Of a stretch of DNA of 64,000 nucleotides, positions 51,191-64,000 are shown in pieces. The notes under the pieces were generated by a model that worked only from the letters and a program-made list of their open reading frames with translations, did not search any database and was not told the DNA's origin. Where the stretch lies: NCBI RefSeq assembly GCF_001194135.2, contig NC_068994.1:8681516-8745515 (forward strand), written 5' to 3'. The translations under genes and the position numbers were made by a program. The DNA is from Octopus bimaculoides. Taxonomy: Eukaryota. The stretch's first letter is position 1. Each line of letters opens with the position of its first letter.

Positions 51191-51586
51191 TAATATTTTT
51201 TGTATCAAAGTTCGAAACACAGCCGAAACTTCACCGAAAGTTGCGAATCAACACGAACAACAACAACAATAACAACGTCTCACACTCCTCCTCTTGCGAC
51301 TCTTCTCATGTATCATCATCATCAACAACAACAACAAAAACAATACTACTAATATTACCACTGATATTACTACTAAGGGCGGGGATGAGTATGATGGTGA
51401 TGATGCTGATGCTGATGATGCTTAAGGTCATGTTCGTCATGACATCGCTAAAGATATTTTTGCCAGCTTTGAGATCAAAGAACGAATAATATGATATTTA
51501 AATAAAAAATGGAATCATCAATCACCGTGTGCAAAACAAAGAGGAAATCCTCACACATACACACGTTGACACGCACATACACACTG

Positions 51587-51618
<32 letters not shown>

Positions 51619-51733
51619 TTTGATAGATATTTATATATATATATATATTTATATTTATATTCACATGTCTTAGTAATACCGACATAAAAAATCCAGTGTG
51701 TGTCTATATGTAAATATATATATATATATGTGT

Positions 51734-51770
<37 letters not shown>

Positions 51771-51925
51771 TATGTATGTATGTATGTATGTATGTATGTA
51801 TGTATGTATGTATGTATGTATGTGTGTGTGTATGTATATGTATATATGTATGGATATATACAGAGAGGGAGGGATGGAGGGAGAAATACGCACCGGTATA
51901 CAGTGTTATCTAGCTAGCTAGACAG

Positions 51926-51977
<52 letters not shown>

Positions 51978-52312
51978 GTTGATAGATAGATTGATAGCTA
52001 GATAGTTAGGAAGATAGATAGATAAATAGATAAATAGAGGGTTAGATAAAGAGGTTAGATAGGCAGATACATGGATAGAAAGATACATGTATAGAAAGAT
52101 ATAGAAACAGATACACACAAACGCACATATATACAAAGGTAGATGAATAGATTTGTTGGTAACTAAATAGTAGAATAGATCTATGCATTGAGACATATAT
52201 ATATATATATATATATATATAGCCAAGTTTTAGAACAATAAATATCAAAAAATGTCAAAGGTGTAGAAAATTAAGTACGATAACAAATATACGTACATAC
52301 AAACGTACACAC

Positions 52313-52373
<61 letters not shown>

Positions 52374-53140
52374 NNNNNNNNNNNNNNNNNNNNNNNNNNN
52401 NNNNNNNNNNNNNNNNNNNNNNNNNNNNNNNNNNNNNNNNNNNNNNNNNNNNNNNNNNNNNNNNNNNNNNNNNNNNNNNNNNNNNNNNNNNNNNNNNNNN
52501 NNNNNNNNNNNNNNNNNNNNNNNNNNNNNNNNNNNNNNNNNNNNNNNNNNNNNNNNNNNNNNNNNNNNNNNNNNNNNNNNNNNNNNNNNNNNNNNNNNNN
52601 NNNNNNNNNNNNNNNNNNNNNNNNNNNNNNNNNNNNNNNNNNNNNNNNNNNNNNNNNNNNNNNNNNNNNNNNNNNNNNNNNNNNNNNNNNNNNNNNNNNN
52701 NNNNNNNNNNNNNNNNNNNNNNNNNNNNNNNNNNNNNNNNNNNNNNNNNNNNNNNNNNNNNNNNNNNNNNNNNNNNNNNNNNNNNNNNNNNNNNNNNNNN
52801 NNNNNNNNNNNNNNNNNNNNNNNNNNNNNNNNNNNNNNNNNNNNNNNNNNNNNNNNNNNNNNNNNNNNNNNNNNNNNNNNNNNNNNNNNNNNNNNNNNNN
52901 NNNNNNNNNNNNNNNNNNNNNNNNNNNNNNNNNNNNNNNNNNNNNNNNNNNNNNNNNNNNNNNNNNNNNNNNNNNNNNNNNNNNNNNNNNNNNNNNNNNN
53001 NNNNNNNNNNNNNNNNNNNNNNNNNNNNNNNNNNNNNNNNNNNNNNNNNNNNNNNNNNNNNNNNNNNNNNNNNNNNNNNNNNNNNNNNNNNNNNNNNNNN
53101 NNNNNNNNNNNNNNNNNNNNNNNNNNNNAAACGTACACAC

Positions 53141-53192
<52 letters not shown>

Positions 53193-53811
53193 GGGCTGCA
53201 GCAATATATTTGAAAATAAGAGAGAGCCGCTGAAGGAGACGGAAACAGGAAACTCAGTGTAGCCACGGTGTCGGGGGTAGATAGTCTCTCTGCTCTCGTT
53301 ACACGAGTTAACTGCACACATTTTATGCATATTAAGTTCATTTTCTCGCAACTTTGAAAATGAAAGCATACATATATATGCGTGTGTGTGCTTGTGTGTG
53401 TGAGTGTATGTGTGTCTCCGCGCGTTTGCTTTTGTGGGCACGCACTTATATATGCATTTAACAATGCGCTCAAAGGTATGCACATCATATTGTAAATGAC
53501 CATATAGATAAATATTAATATTCAAATGAATAAGATAATATCTATTTATTTCTCGTGAACTGTAGGGAGATGCATACATTTCAGTTCTTTATACTTCCGT
53601 ATTACGATAGAAATTTGCATTGCCATATAAAAGGTGTTGGTAGACTAATGTTTAGCGAATAATTCACATGAAAAACTGTAGATTTTTATCTTCAGTGAAC
53701 ACGGAAAAATTAAAGCTTTTGTATTGTGACTCGAATGCACTACACGGCGGATACGTACAAATGACTGCGAACTTCCTAATAACTACGTTTCTTTAGTTTG
53801 TCACACGTTGC

Positions 53812-53860
53812 AACTAGCTGATGAATGTGTTCATTCACACGAAACTTCAAAGTCAGGAGA
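53812..53860 (+). ncRNA. Degenerate hammerhead-like motif
   Basis: CTGATGA-AT-GTGT(TCATTC)ACAC-GAAAC-TTCAAA-GTC-AGGAG. The core, stem II and stem III are present, but stem I does not pair. Confidence 0.4.
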
Positions 53861-53884
53861 ATTTTATTCAATTTATTTGTTAAG

Positions 53885-54360
53885 CGCAGTCTTAGTTGTG
53901 TGGTAAGAAACTATCTTCCCAACCACATTGTTTTGGGTTCAATGCTGCTGAGGGGAACTTGGGGCTGATCAATTCTACTACAGGCCCGTCTGCTGACTAA
54001 ATGCTTGTGGGTTTGGTAGAATATGTTGGGGCCGACCAAAGCCTTGTGAATGAATTTGGCAGATGGAAACTGAAAGAAACACCCTGCATATGTATGTATG
54101 TATGTATGTATGTATATATGTGTGAGTGCGAGGGTGCATGTGTATGTGCTTTTGTGACTTTGTTTGTGAACCGGTGCTGCTGTGTTTCCCTCTTCATAAC
54201 TTAATGGTTTGGCAAATGAGATCGATAGACTAAGTACCAGGCTTACAAGAAAAAAACACAAAATATAAAAAAAGGAACTACTGGAGTCATTCGAATAAAA
54301 TTGAAGGCAGCGTGCCAGTATGGCCGCAATCTAATGACTAAAACAAGTAAAAGATAAAAG
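53885..54360 (+). mobile_element. Old full-length SINE family B
   Basis: Head GTTGTGTGGTAAGAAACTATCTTCCCAACCACAT, internal (TATG)n, and tail GTATGGCCGCAATCTAATGACTAAAACAAGTAAAAGA. Confidence 0.8.
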
Positions 54361-54419
54361 GGATATACGTATATAAATATTTTAAGTTTTTCTCACGTCT
54401 CGTAACGCTAAATAATGGT

Positions 54420-54602
54420 CACAAATTTTAGGGGAAGAGGAGTTACATCGAGTCCAGTGCCCAAGTGGTACTTATTATTATCGGCGCCGAAAGGATAAAA
54501 AGCAATGTCGATATTAGTGTAATTGATCTCAAACCGTAATGAGTTGCAAGAAGTGACGCTAGGGATTTTGTGCCATATGCTAACGATTACTGCCAACCGC
54601 TG
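54420..54602 (-). mobile_element. Old SINE family A copy
   Basis: GGTACTTATTATTATCGGCGCCGAAAGGATAAAAAGCAATGTCG...GCTAACGATTACTGCCAACCGC. Confidence 0.6.
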
Positions 54603-55254
54603 TCTTTTTGTAACAGTAAATAACGATAACGCTGTCTTTTTTGTAACGGTAAATAATATCCGGCATTTTATATGAATATATACATCATGACTACTTACTT
54701 TCAAGTTGAGTATTCCTCTATGCTTTAAAATATTCAAAGCAAGCATAGATATGTGGTTTCTGTCTGTCTTCATGTTCTGTTTTTTTTACTCTTCTTTGTC
54801 CTCTGTGCTATATGCTTGAAACCCAGAAAGCTTCACAGTTATCTAACAACAAGGGTCTTGGTAAAACTGCAAATTCATTTTTTTCTGTTCAAGGCATTTA
54901 GATATCAATAGAGAGTAAGTTTCACCATAATGAAAATTTAGTGCCTCATTTACTGAAGACTGACCTGCGTCTCTGATCGTATACTCTGGTCTGGTAAGAA
55001 TTATTTTTGAGGAAAACTAGTAGTTGCTGATGCACGTAAGATTCATCTCTCCATGCCATCGTTGTTCATCGAAAGGAATGGCTGTCGACTAGGGTGACAT
55101 AGTTTGGTACCTGTATCCGCTCGGTGGGTGTTGTCAGAACACTGGGCCCCACATTCAGATCAGAGACTGATGAGACATCTTCAACAACTTTCGAACAGTA
55201 CTGCCAAAACCAGTACTCAGTATTCGTACTTTATTTAATGCTTCCGAAATCCTT

Positions 55255-55370
55255 CATATCTAAATTGACCTTGGTGATATTTCAGTTCAGGACGCAATGA
55301 ATCGAAACACATTCTGTGAAGCCTTTTATCCAATGATCTAACGACCCTCCCCACATTTACCGAAGATAAT
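55255..55370 (-). mobile_element. Very old SINE family A fragment
   Basis: Reverse complement GGTCGTTAGATCATTGGATAAAAGGCTTCAC...GCGTCCTGAACTGAAATATCACCAAGGTCAATTT aligns to the family A head. Confidence 0.45.
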
Positions 55371-55507
55371 AGCGTGAAATGACTCCAATATATTCTCGAC
55401 CTCATCTCTCTTTTAAAAGAAACGGGCCTGTATTTTAGAAGATTATGAATTTGTGTGGTGCGGTACTTTGTGCATGTATCAAAATCGTGTGAACGATGTT
55501 GGCTCAC

Positions 55508-55528
55508 CATAACTAAATTTGTCGAATG
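55508..55528 (-). other. Candidate 21-nt microexon
   Basis: T13-AAATTAG|CATTCGACAAATTTAGTTATG|GTGAGC. It is frame-preserving and two frames are open. Confidence 0.2.
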
Positions 55529-57052
55529 CTAATTTAAAAAAAAAAAAATATCTTTCCTACGCAGATACTGTGTATCTCATGCAAATCGTATTCTAAAGGT
55601 TCACGCTATGGATTATTATGGATTATTGATCTTCAATCTTAACAAGAAGAATTGAATTTAGGTTATTTCTTGGGGGTGTTATTAATTATAACTTGATGCA
55701 ATGACTACGTTTAGAATTAAACGTTTTGTTTGGCCTCTGTTAGAACGTCTACAAACGATTCACCCACTCGCTTATCATCAGTGAGCCCCAAAACCTATCG
55801 TCATCTCCGATTATGTTCATGACAGACTTAATAATGTCAGGATAGACATTCACTACATCACTATAGCTGTACAGCGCTTCTTTTTAACTGCTATTTTACA
55901 ACTTCAATTGTTACAACAATAGGATATTTCTTTAATTAATGTTCGCGTATTGCTTTCGATAAATTGAAATTTTAATCTCCGTTTTATGATAGATTTTGAA
56001 CAAACTTTAGAACAAAGAGAAAATTAAAACTAAAAAAAGAAAGAAAACGAAGGGGAAATGAAAGAAGCCGTAATTTGAAGAGACAAACGCGAAATTATTA
56101 AACTATTGCCAATATCTGTTGAAGGTTACCGAGATACAAAGGCTGTATTAATTGACAACTTAAATAAAATCTCAAGTAGAAAATTTCCATGAAATTTCAG
56201 TGTAGTGAAATATGATATTCAATCAATATTAACGAACTAACTACCATTGAATAAAACGAATTTGAAAGGCAATAAAACCATATTGCGGAGGCAAATAGTC
56301 ATATAAGTAAAATATAATATGTGAACGAACACACTATTAACATGTATTGATATTAAAGTTAATATAACTGCTCTGCGGACAAAATACATCAAAATAGATT
56401 CAAACAGCTATTCATTGATAAATAGTCTCGATGGACATTATGCAACGAAATTATTACATAAGCATGACTAGTCTTGTTCCATTCATGGCTATATTGTGAC
56501 AGAAACAAAGATCTGTTTTTATGTCCAAATGTCTGTCTCTCATTCTCTGCCCCCCTCTCTCTCTCTCTCTGAATTTTCTGTTTCTCTTTCTTTCTCTTTC
56601 AATCTTGCCATCTCGTCTCCCCCTCTCTCTCCTCTCTTATTCTTCTCTCCGTCTCCTCTCATTATTCACTCTCTCTTTCTCTCTCTCATTTAATAGCATG
56701 TTATGTGGTTTCAAGAAGATGGAACCATAAGACTATATTAATACTCGCGCACATATGCGCGCATGCACAGACAGACAGACACACACACACACACACACAC
56801 ACGCAGAATCACATACGTGCATCTACTACCGTAGGAATTTTCCAAAGGCAGTGAAAGAGTAACACTCTCCAAGCTCATTACCTTTTCTAGAAGTGGTAAC
56901 CAACACTTCCTCTTAAATAAAATCAACTGCTTTAAATAAAGAAAGCTATATCGGATCAGTATGTACGAAAGCAAAATAAAATTATTAGATAGAAAGCATC
57001 TAACCATTACATCTAATTATCATGATTGATGTAAGAGAAGAGGACAGAAATA

Positions 57053-57071
57053 CGAGGGTGAGTCAAAAAGT
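57053..57071 (+). mobile_element. Possible mariner-type TIR stub
   Basis: TA|CGAGGGTGAGTCAAAAAGT resembles mariner TIR starts. No transposase follows. Confidence 0.3.
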
Positions 57072-57074
57072 CAA

Positions 57075-57145
57075 TTCATTCGACTAAAAGTTCAAGGCGG
57101 TGCTCCAGCATGGCCGCAGTCTAATGACTGAAACAAGTACAAAAA
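57075..57145 (+). mobile_element. SINE family B 3' end
   Basis: TTCGACTAAAAGTTCAAGGCGGTGCTCCAGCATGGCCGCAGTCTAATGACTGAAACAAGTA. Confidence 0.75.
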
Positions 57146-57439
57146 TAAATAAAAAAAATTAAAAAGATAACTTTTAGAAAAGTGATGGAGAAATGTCTAC
57201 GAAGTATGGTTTAGTCTTGGCAGTAAAATAATTCAAAAGGGATGGAACATAGCAGAATGGCTAAGAAAGTTTGTCTGGCATGCACGAGGTTTCGTGTTCG
57301 TTCCCATTTCATAGCATCTTGAGCAAAACTGTTTAAGGAAATGATGTGAATGAAAGTTTCTGAAAGACCATTGGAAACTGACTAAAAAAAAAATCATTGA
57401 TCCGATTATTAAAGGCTCTCTAGTTAACAATCGCTTCAG

Positions 57440-57735
57440 TGATTGTTCTAGTTCATCTGTCAACGGAACAGCCTGTTCGTCAAATTAACGGACAAGTGGT
57501 TGAGCACTCCACAGAAACGCGTACATTTAACGTAGATTCTCTAGGAGATTCAGCGTAACAGAGCATAGGAGAGGGCTGGATCCATTGAGTTGCAGATACT
57601 ACTCATTTTTTTCTAATTGAGAGGATTAGAGTACGATAAATAAAGTGCCCTGCTCAAAGACACAACAGGTCTCGAACGCACGACCTCATATTCGTGAGCC
57701 AAACATACCTGCCCACTAAGCCATACGCTTAGTGG
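57440..57735 (-). mobile_element. Old SINE family C2 copy
   Basis: GGAACAGCCTGTTCGTCAAATTAACGGACAAGTGGTTGAGCACTCCACAG...CCACTAAGCCATACGC. Confidence 0.7.
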
Positions 57736-58370
57736 GTAGAGATATCTCTACCTTTAAATTATAGGTACCGATTGTAGCTGTAATTTAAAGGTAGAATCAT
57801 GTTGTCTCGCTGAGAATTACATCAAAGGTACATGTTTCTCCAACTCATTGTATTAGATAACACAATTCATCGAACTACTCAATCGTCATCGTCGAAACCG
57901 ACGAAAATCCATTTAATTTCGTTATTACACTTTAAATGTAGACAGGATATTTACGGTTAGAAAGCCTTTGATCACAGGTTTGCTCAGTCGGAGATCCATT
58001 TACCTTACTTATTACAACTAGACGGGATATCCAATGTTAGAAACGCCTGTGATCAATCGTTCGCTCAGCCAGTGTTGACTTACAGATAAATACGAAACAC
58101 CAGCTTGATCTTATGCTACTCGCTCAGCCCTAGACGAATTGCATAATGCTTTCCATCCGCAAACAATTTATGTTAGATCTTCCTGATCTGATGCAAGTGT
58201 TTTTGCTGTATTTTGTATCAGTTGGTTGTCAATTAAGAGAATATTTGGCTATTATTTTTAGAGGGGGAGTGAGTGGAAAGAGGGAGAGAGAACAGAGAGA
58301 GAGGTTAGAGAGAGAGGTTAGAGAGAGAGAAAGAGAGATACATTATATATATATATATATATATATATAA

Positions 58371-58411
<41 letters not shown>

Positions 58412-58887
58412 AAGAGAGAGAGGGGGGAGGAGAATGAAAGAGAAGCGAGATTACCAAGTCGAAACTTGCTCGTTGCCTATATTTGATAATTCCTATGGTG
58501 ATTGATGAATGCGTTTGTGAGCATTCCTGACTATGTGTGTGTGTGTATATGTGAGTGTATGTGTGTGTGTGTGTGTGTGCATGAGTGCATACGTGCTCGC
58601 TCGTACNNNNNNNNNNNNNNNNNNNNNNNNNNNNNNNNNNNNNNNNNNNNNNNNNNNNNNNNNNNNNNNNNNNNNNNNNNNNNNNNNNNNNNNNNNNNNN
58701 NNNNNNNNNNNNNNNNNNNNNNNNNNNNNNNNNNNNNNNNNNNNNNNNNNNNNNNNNNNNNNNNNNNNNNNNNNNNNNNNNNNNNNNNNNNNNNNNNNNN
58801 NNNNNNNNNNNNNNNNNNNNNNNNNNNNNNNNNNNNNNNNNNNNNNNNNNNNNNNNNNNNNNNNNNNNNNNNNNNNNNNNNNNNNNN

Positions 58888-59562
58888 GTAAACCGAATTG
58901 GTCCCTAGAGCAGTAGAAGAATATTGTTTTCTCGGACGAGTCATCCTTTACCTTATTTCCGACCACTGGCCGAATATACGTGTGGAGACAGCATAAAGAA
59001 GCATTTGACCTGGACTATTTTCTTCCAACTGTTAAACATGGAGGAGGATCTGTGATGATCTAGAAGACGGTATCTTGGAAATCCGTCGGGCCAATGGTTT
59101 CCCTTCATGGCAGAATTAATAGTCAAAACTGTTTAAGCATTTTATCTGATCAGAGTCATCTTATGTTTGCGGAACTGATTCCGTAGGAAACGCAACCTTC
59201 CAGGATGATAATGCATCAATTCACACAGTTTAACTTGTTACTAAATGGCATGAGGAACATTCTAGTGAAGTTGAACATCTTATCTGGTCAACACATCCCC
59301 AGATCTAAATATTATTGAACATTTAGGGTGAATTCTGGATTACCAAGTGAGTAGTCGATATCCTCCTCCATAATCACTATAAGAAATGGAGACTATTTTA
59401 GCAGACAAATGGACAAAAATTCTTTTGGAAACAATTCAAATTTGTTCTTGTCCATACCTCGTAGAATTCAAGATGTAATTACTACCAAAGGTGGTCCTAT
59501 TCCGCATTAAAATAAATTTGTTTGAAATTTTAAGGTGTTTCCATTATTTTGTCCAACCCCTG
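58888..59562 (+). mobile_element. Tc1-like transposon right half with DD36E spacing (5' part in gap)
   Basis: VFSDESSF...PTVKHGGGSVMI...FQDDNASIHT...SPDLNIIEHL. There are 107 nt between D (59207-09) and E (59317-19), which equals 36 codons less a 1-nt deletion. The right TIR is ...CCATTATTTTGTCCAACCCCTG|TA. Confidence 0.9.
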
Positions 59563-60010
59563 TATATATATATGTATATATATATATATGCATAAATATA
59601 TAAATATGCATCTGCACATATACACAATATATAAATATATACATGTACATATACACACACAGCCGCACGCAAGCACTCATACACAAACACCCTGAGCTCC
59701 ACCCCACATATAAATATATTACGCATGTATATACGATAGTGGTTTTGTATGGGAGTACAAACTTTTGCCTTATGCTTCAAGAGTAGATCGGAANNNNNNN
59801 NNNNNNNNNNNNNNNNNNNNNNNNNNNNNNNNNNNNNNNNNNNNNNNNNNNNNNNNNNNNNNNNNNNNNNNNNNNNNNNNNNNNNNNNNNNNNNNNNNNN
59901 NNNNNNNNNNNNNNNNNNNNNNNNNNNNNNNNNNNNNNNNNNNNNNNNNNNNNNNNNNNNNNNNNNNNNNNNNNNNNNNNNNNNNNNNNNNNNNNNNNNN
60001 NNNNNNNNNN

Positions 60011-60069
<59 letters not shown>

Positions 60070-60234
60070 ATGTGTGTGTGTGTGAGTACGAATATTTGTG
60101 TGGAAGGGGCGTTTGTGTGAATGGGCATACACTTGGTCTTACTGTTTATTTCCAGGTTATCACTGAGAAGTTAGACGTTTGGTCCTGGCATTCTTTTCAT
60201 ATTTAAATGTTTAGACGTTGCAAATATGGGTTTC

Positions 60235-60440
60235 AAATTCTGGTGCAACGCTAGTAATATTCCTATAGGGAGTAAGTCGATTGCATCGGACCCATTTCTC
60301 ATCGAGTACGTATTTTATCGACTCATGACTATGAGAAGACTAAGTCAAACTTGGCTTAACTTGAACTCAGAAGGTAAAAACGGACGAAAAGCCTGTTGGC
60401 ATTTTGGTTCGCATAATAAAGATTCTGTCAGTTCTGCGCC
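60235..60440 (-). mobile_element. Old SINE family A copy
   Basis: GTCGATTGCATCGGACCC...TTTTATCGACTC...TTGAACTCAGAAGG. Confidence 0.6.
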
Positions 60441-60799
60441 TTAAATTTTGAAAGTACTAGAACACATTAGAAGGCCGAGATGATGCTTTTCCAGGCATTA
60501 GCGGCTACCTTCCAACACCAAGGTCCTGAGTTAATGCCAGTTACAAATTAGTGGAAAGTTGGTATATTGGTGGGAAGCTTTCGAGGATCAGTTAAAAGAT
60601 TTGCCGTATTTTGTTACACCCCTTTGCAAATTTTATCGAAATCACTATTTAACTTCCCTACTTCCGAATTTAATGAAGTAAACTAGCACTGAATAAGTGC
60701 GGGCTATGTCACTGGATGGCGCTTCTTTCCAAAATTTCTGGCTTCCGTCCATGTTAGAAAAAATTGTTGATATTACGATAATGGTGAAGATGACGGCGA

Positions 60800-60990
60800 G
60801 TTGATACCCCGGAGACTATTTCTGCTGGCCCGTTACGTTCTGAGTTCAAATACCAGCGTGGATGATTTTTGCCTTTCATCATCTCGGGGTCGATTAAAAT
60901 AGGTAGTAACAGTTAAGCTTTGGAATCAGTGTTATCCATTTGACTCCTACACTCAAAATTGTTGATCTTGTGCCTAAATTAGAAAGTATG
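60800..60990 (+). mobile_element. Old SINE family A copy
   Basis: TTACGTTCTGAGTTCAAATACCAGCG...GCCTTTCATCATCTCGGGGTCGATTAAAAT...CTTGTGCCTAAATTAGAAAG. Confidence 0.7.
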
Positions 60991-61019
60991 TCATAATAAG
61001 TTCATTAGACAAGCAACAT

Positions 61020-61092
61020 TTTCTCCCAAGGTAACCACGCAGCGGTACTGAACCTGAAGCATGTGGCTGGGAAGCAAACATTTTTCCAAAGA
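61020..61092 (-). mobile_element. SINE family B head fragment
   Basis: CCCAAGGTAACCACGCAGCGGTACTGAACCTGAAGCATGTGGCTGGGAAGCAAAC. Confidence 0.6.
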
Positions 61093-61511
61093 GCTACATC
61101 AGCGCTTAAGAGAAATTGTGAGAGAATGATTGAAATTTGAACGAGATCCGGTTTTATTTCAAGGAAATCGAAGACTCATAACAAAGCACTTTGTTTAGCA
61201 TATGAATGATGTTAAAAAGAATTTGTGATAATAGCTTATTCCTTAAATAGCAATATGTCAGAATGACATAGAGGAAAATGTCATAAAATGTATGTAATAA
61301 AAGAAATAAGTAATTAAAGAAATTATGTACAAGGACAGAAATATACGAAATAAAATAGAAATATGACAAAAAGTTCTCATTCCTTTCACACATTTTGTCA
61401 AAAGTGTGATTGAATAAGTCTCAGGAGATTCCCAGCCAATACTTTGCAAGGAAACAAATAAAGAAGAGAATAGGTATATAATACGTATAGAAGAGAATAC
61501 ACACACACACA

Positions 61512-61546
<35 letters not shown>

Positions 61547-63529
61547 TTAGATATATACACATTCATGTATATGTATATATATATATGTATATATATATAT
61601 ACACATATATGTATGTATATGTATATATATATATGTATATACACACATATATGTATGTATATATATATATGTATATATATTCATATATGCAATATATATA
61701 TATACTTNNNNNNNNNNNNNNNNNNNNNNNNNNNNNNNNNNNNNNNNNNNNNNNNNNNNNNNNNNNNNNNNNNNNNNNNNNNNNNNNNNNNNNNNNNNNN
61801 NNNNNNNNNNNNNNNNNNNNNNNNNNNNNNNNNNNNNNNNNNNNNNNNNNNNNNNNNNNNNNNNNNNNNNNNNNNNNNNNNNNNNNNNNNNNNNNNNNNN
61901 NNNNNNNNNNNNNNNNNNNNNNNNNNNNNNNNNNNNNNNNNNNNNNNNNNNNNNNNNNNNNNNNNNNNNNNNNNNNNNNNNNNNNNNNNNNNNNNNNNNN
62001 NNNNNNNNNNNNNNNNNNNNNNNNNNNNNNNNNNNNNNNNNNNNNNNNNNNNNNATATATATATATATATATATACATACATATACACGCATAAGCCTGT
62101 ATGAACACATATATAACATATATTGTTTGGACGTTACTCAATTAATAAATATATTTGTATATACTGATATATCAGTGCGTGACTGTACACAACCATACAT
62201 TTTTACATCTACATGCACATACATGTATATATATAAGTATGTATGTATATATGTATGTATCCTACTTCTATTCAGGTATCGCTCTTACAGCCAAGTTGAT
62301 TTCCATTAACATGGAACTCTGCAATGCAGTGGAATGTGTAAAACGGGATCCCTTTGTAAACGTATCGCACTACAGCAATTGAATTCATTCAAAACCCATT
62401 CAAGACAATCGTTTCATGTGTCTCCTTTCATCCTATCACGTTTATAGAAGCTCAGCGCTGTCAACAAAACTGTCATGCTCTGTCAGGTTTCTAGCTACGT
62501 TTAAAGCGGTGTCAGTGTGTCTAGATTGCAAAATGTTTCCTTTATGTTGTGAGGCAAGAACGCCTGTCAGAACCAAACTCCATATTGAAATGATCCTCAC
62601 TTTCGTGCGTGTGCATACATACATATGTATGTATATATATTATTTATACATATATATGTATATATATCTATATATACATATATACATACACACGCGCACA
62701 GATATGTATCTATACATAAATGCATGTCAAACGATCGTCCCTCTGCCAATATTTGCATTTGTCTGCATATATATATATATATATATAAATATGTATATAT
62801 GTGTAAATAAGCATAAATATATATAATATATAATTATATATGTATAGATACATACATGCATGCACGCATATATACATGCATTCATACATACATATGTACA
62901 TATACATCAGTAAGTAAGCGTTCACAAAAGCTTGATTGCATACGCTTTATTGCCAATGAAAAGCCTAAACAAAAGCTATACAAAATGATGGGATGTGAAA
63001 GATCCGAATGAATAAATCAGAACATAATAGAATGTACACAATGACTGAATCGAAATCGAGGCTAAGGAAATACTGTGCGTTTGTCGGTGGAGGTCTTTTA
63101 CTGATTTCATGTTTTTGTCTTACGGTTTTGCATTTGATTTCTTCATTTTAAAGATTTTCTTTTGACAAAATATCATTTTTACTGAATGCTTTCTCTAGTT
63201 GACAGTTCTGCATTGTCTGTCATTTAATATTGATGTGTATCTAAACACACATACAGATATATATTTACGTTCAGACGCGAAGATACTCATACACATATAT
63301 ATGTATACGAAGTAAGAAATAAAAGATCTACGGCTGGAAAAGAGATACATAGTTGGATACATAGCCACATACATATACATAGATTTCAGAAAGCATATCT
63401 CTTTTAATATATCGGCTTTCATTTCTTTCTGTATCTGCATTAGTAAATCCGTATATAATTAAACAGGATTTATAGCACAAACATCTGCACACGTAGGAAC
63501 ATACAGGAATTATGATATACATATATGCC

Positions 63530-64000
63530 TACATAAATGTATATATGCATATACCTATGTATTTATGTATGTATGCATATTTATATACACACCTATATAC
63601 ATATATATATACATATATATATATATGTATATATAAATACATGCATACATATACGTATATATTTATGCATATATGCATATATATATACACACCTATATAC
63701 ATATATATATACATATATATATGTATATATAAATACATGCATACATATACGTATATATTTATGCATATATATATATATATACACACATACATATATATTT
63801 ATGCATATATATACACATACATATATATACACATACATGTATATACACATACATATATATACACATACATGTATATACACATACATGTATATACACATAC
63901 ATATATATACACATACATATATATACACATATATACACATATATATATATATATACACACATATATACACACATATATACACACATATGTATACACACAT
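63530..64000. repeat. Compound AT/CA microsatellite field with a duplicated unit of about 95 bp
   Basis: ATATACACACCTATATAC...ATACATGCATACATATACGTATATATTTATGC occurs twice. The field is representative of dozens of (TA)n, (TG)n, (TATG)n, (TATC)n and (GA)n tracts across the window. Confidence 0.85.

Noticed and set aside
55235-55510. 91-aa minus-strand ORF
   Set aside because: It overlaps a decayed SINE A copy and has no protein motif.
55745-55785. Minus-strand CTGATGA with downstream stem
   Set aside because: GAAAC is replaced by GTAGAC and there is no stem I, so it is not a credible hammerhead. The same applies to CTGATGA at about 12332, 37696 and 55167.
62448-62486. 39-nt plus-strand exon candidate with good acceptor
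   Set aside because: The donor GTTTCT is weak, no peptide is recognisable, and no partner exons were found.

Overview
AT-rich, microsatellite-dense eukaryotic scaffold with about 20 N-gaps. The SINE families and repeat landscape look like an octopod cephalopod, most likely Octopus (inference from recalled repeat families). No complete protein-coding gene is present, and almost all listed ORFs are translations of microsatellites, gaps or SINEs. Recognisable content is three to four tRNA-derived SINE families (over 30 copies), three R4/Dong-type non-LTR fragments, and relics of Chapaev3-type, DD37D, DD36E-spaced Tc1 and Tigger/pogo DNA transposons. There are also three hammerhead-ribozyme-like motifs of the Penelope type, a degenerate initiator-tRNA-Met copy, and several mini- and microsatellites including perfect fold-back palindromes. 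Scattered minus-strand splice signals suggest the window is mostly intron of a large minus-strand gene: a candidate recursive-splicing site with an 80-nt stop-containing exon at 14859-14938, two candidate phase-2 first coding exons, and a possible 21-nt microexon. These splice calls are motif-based and unvalidated.
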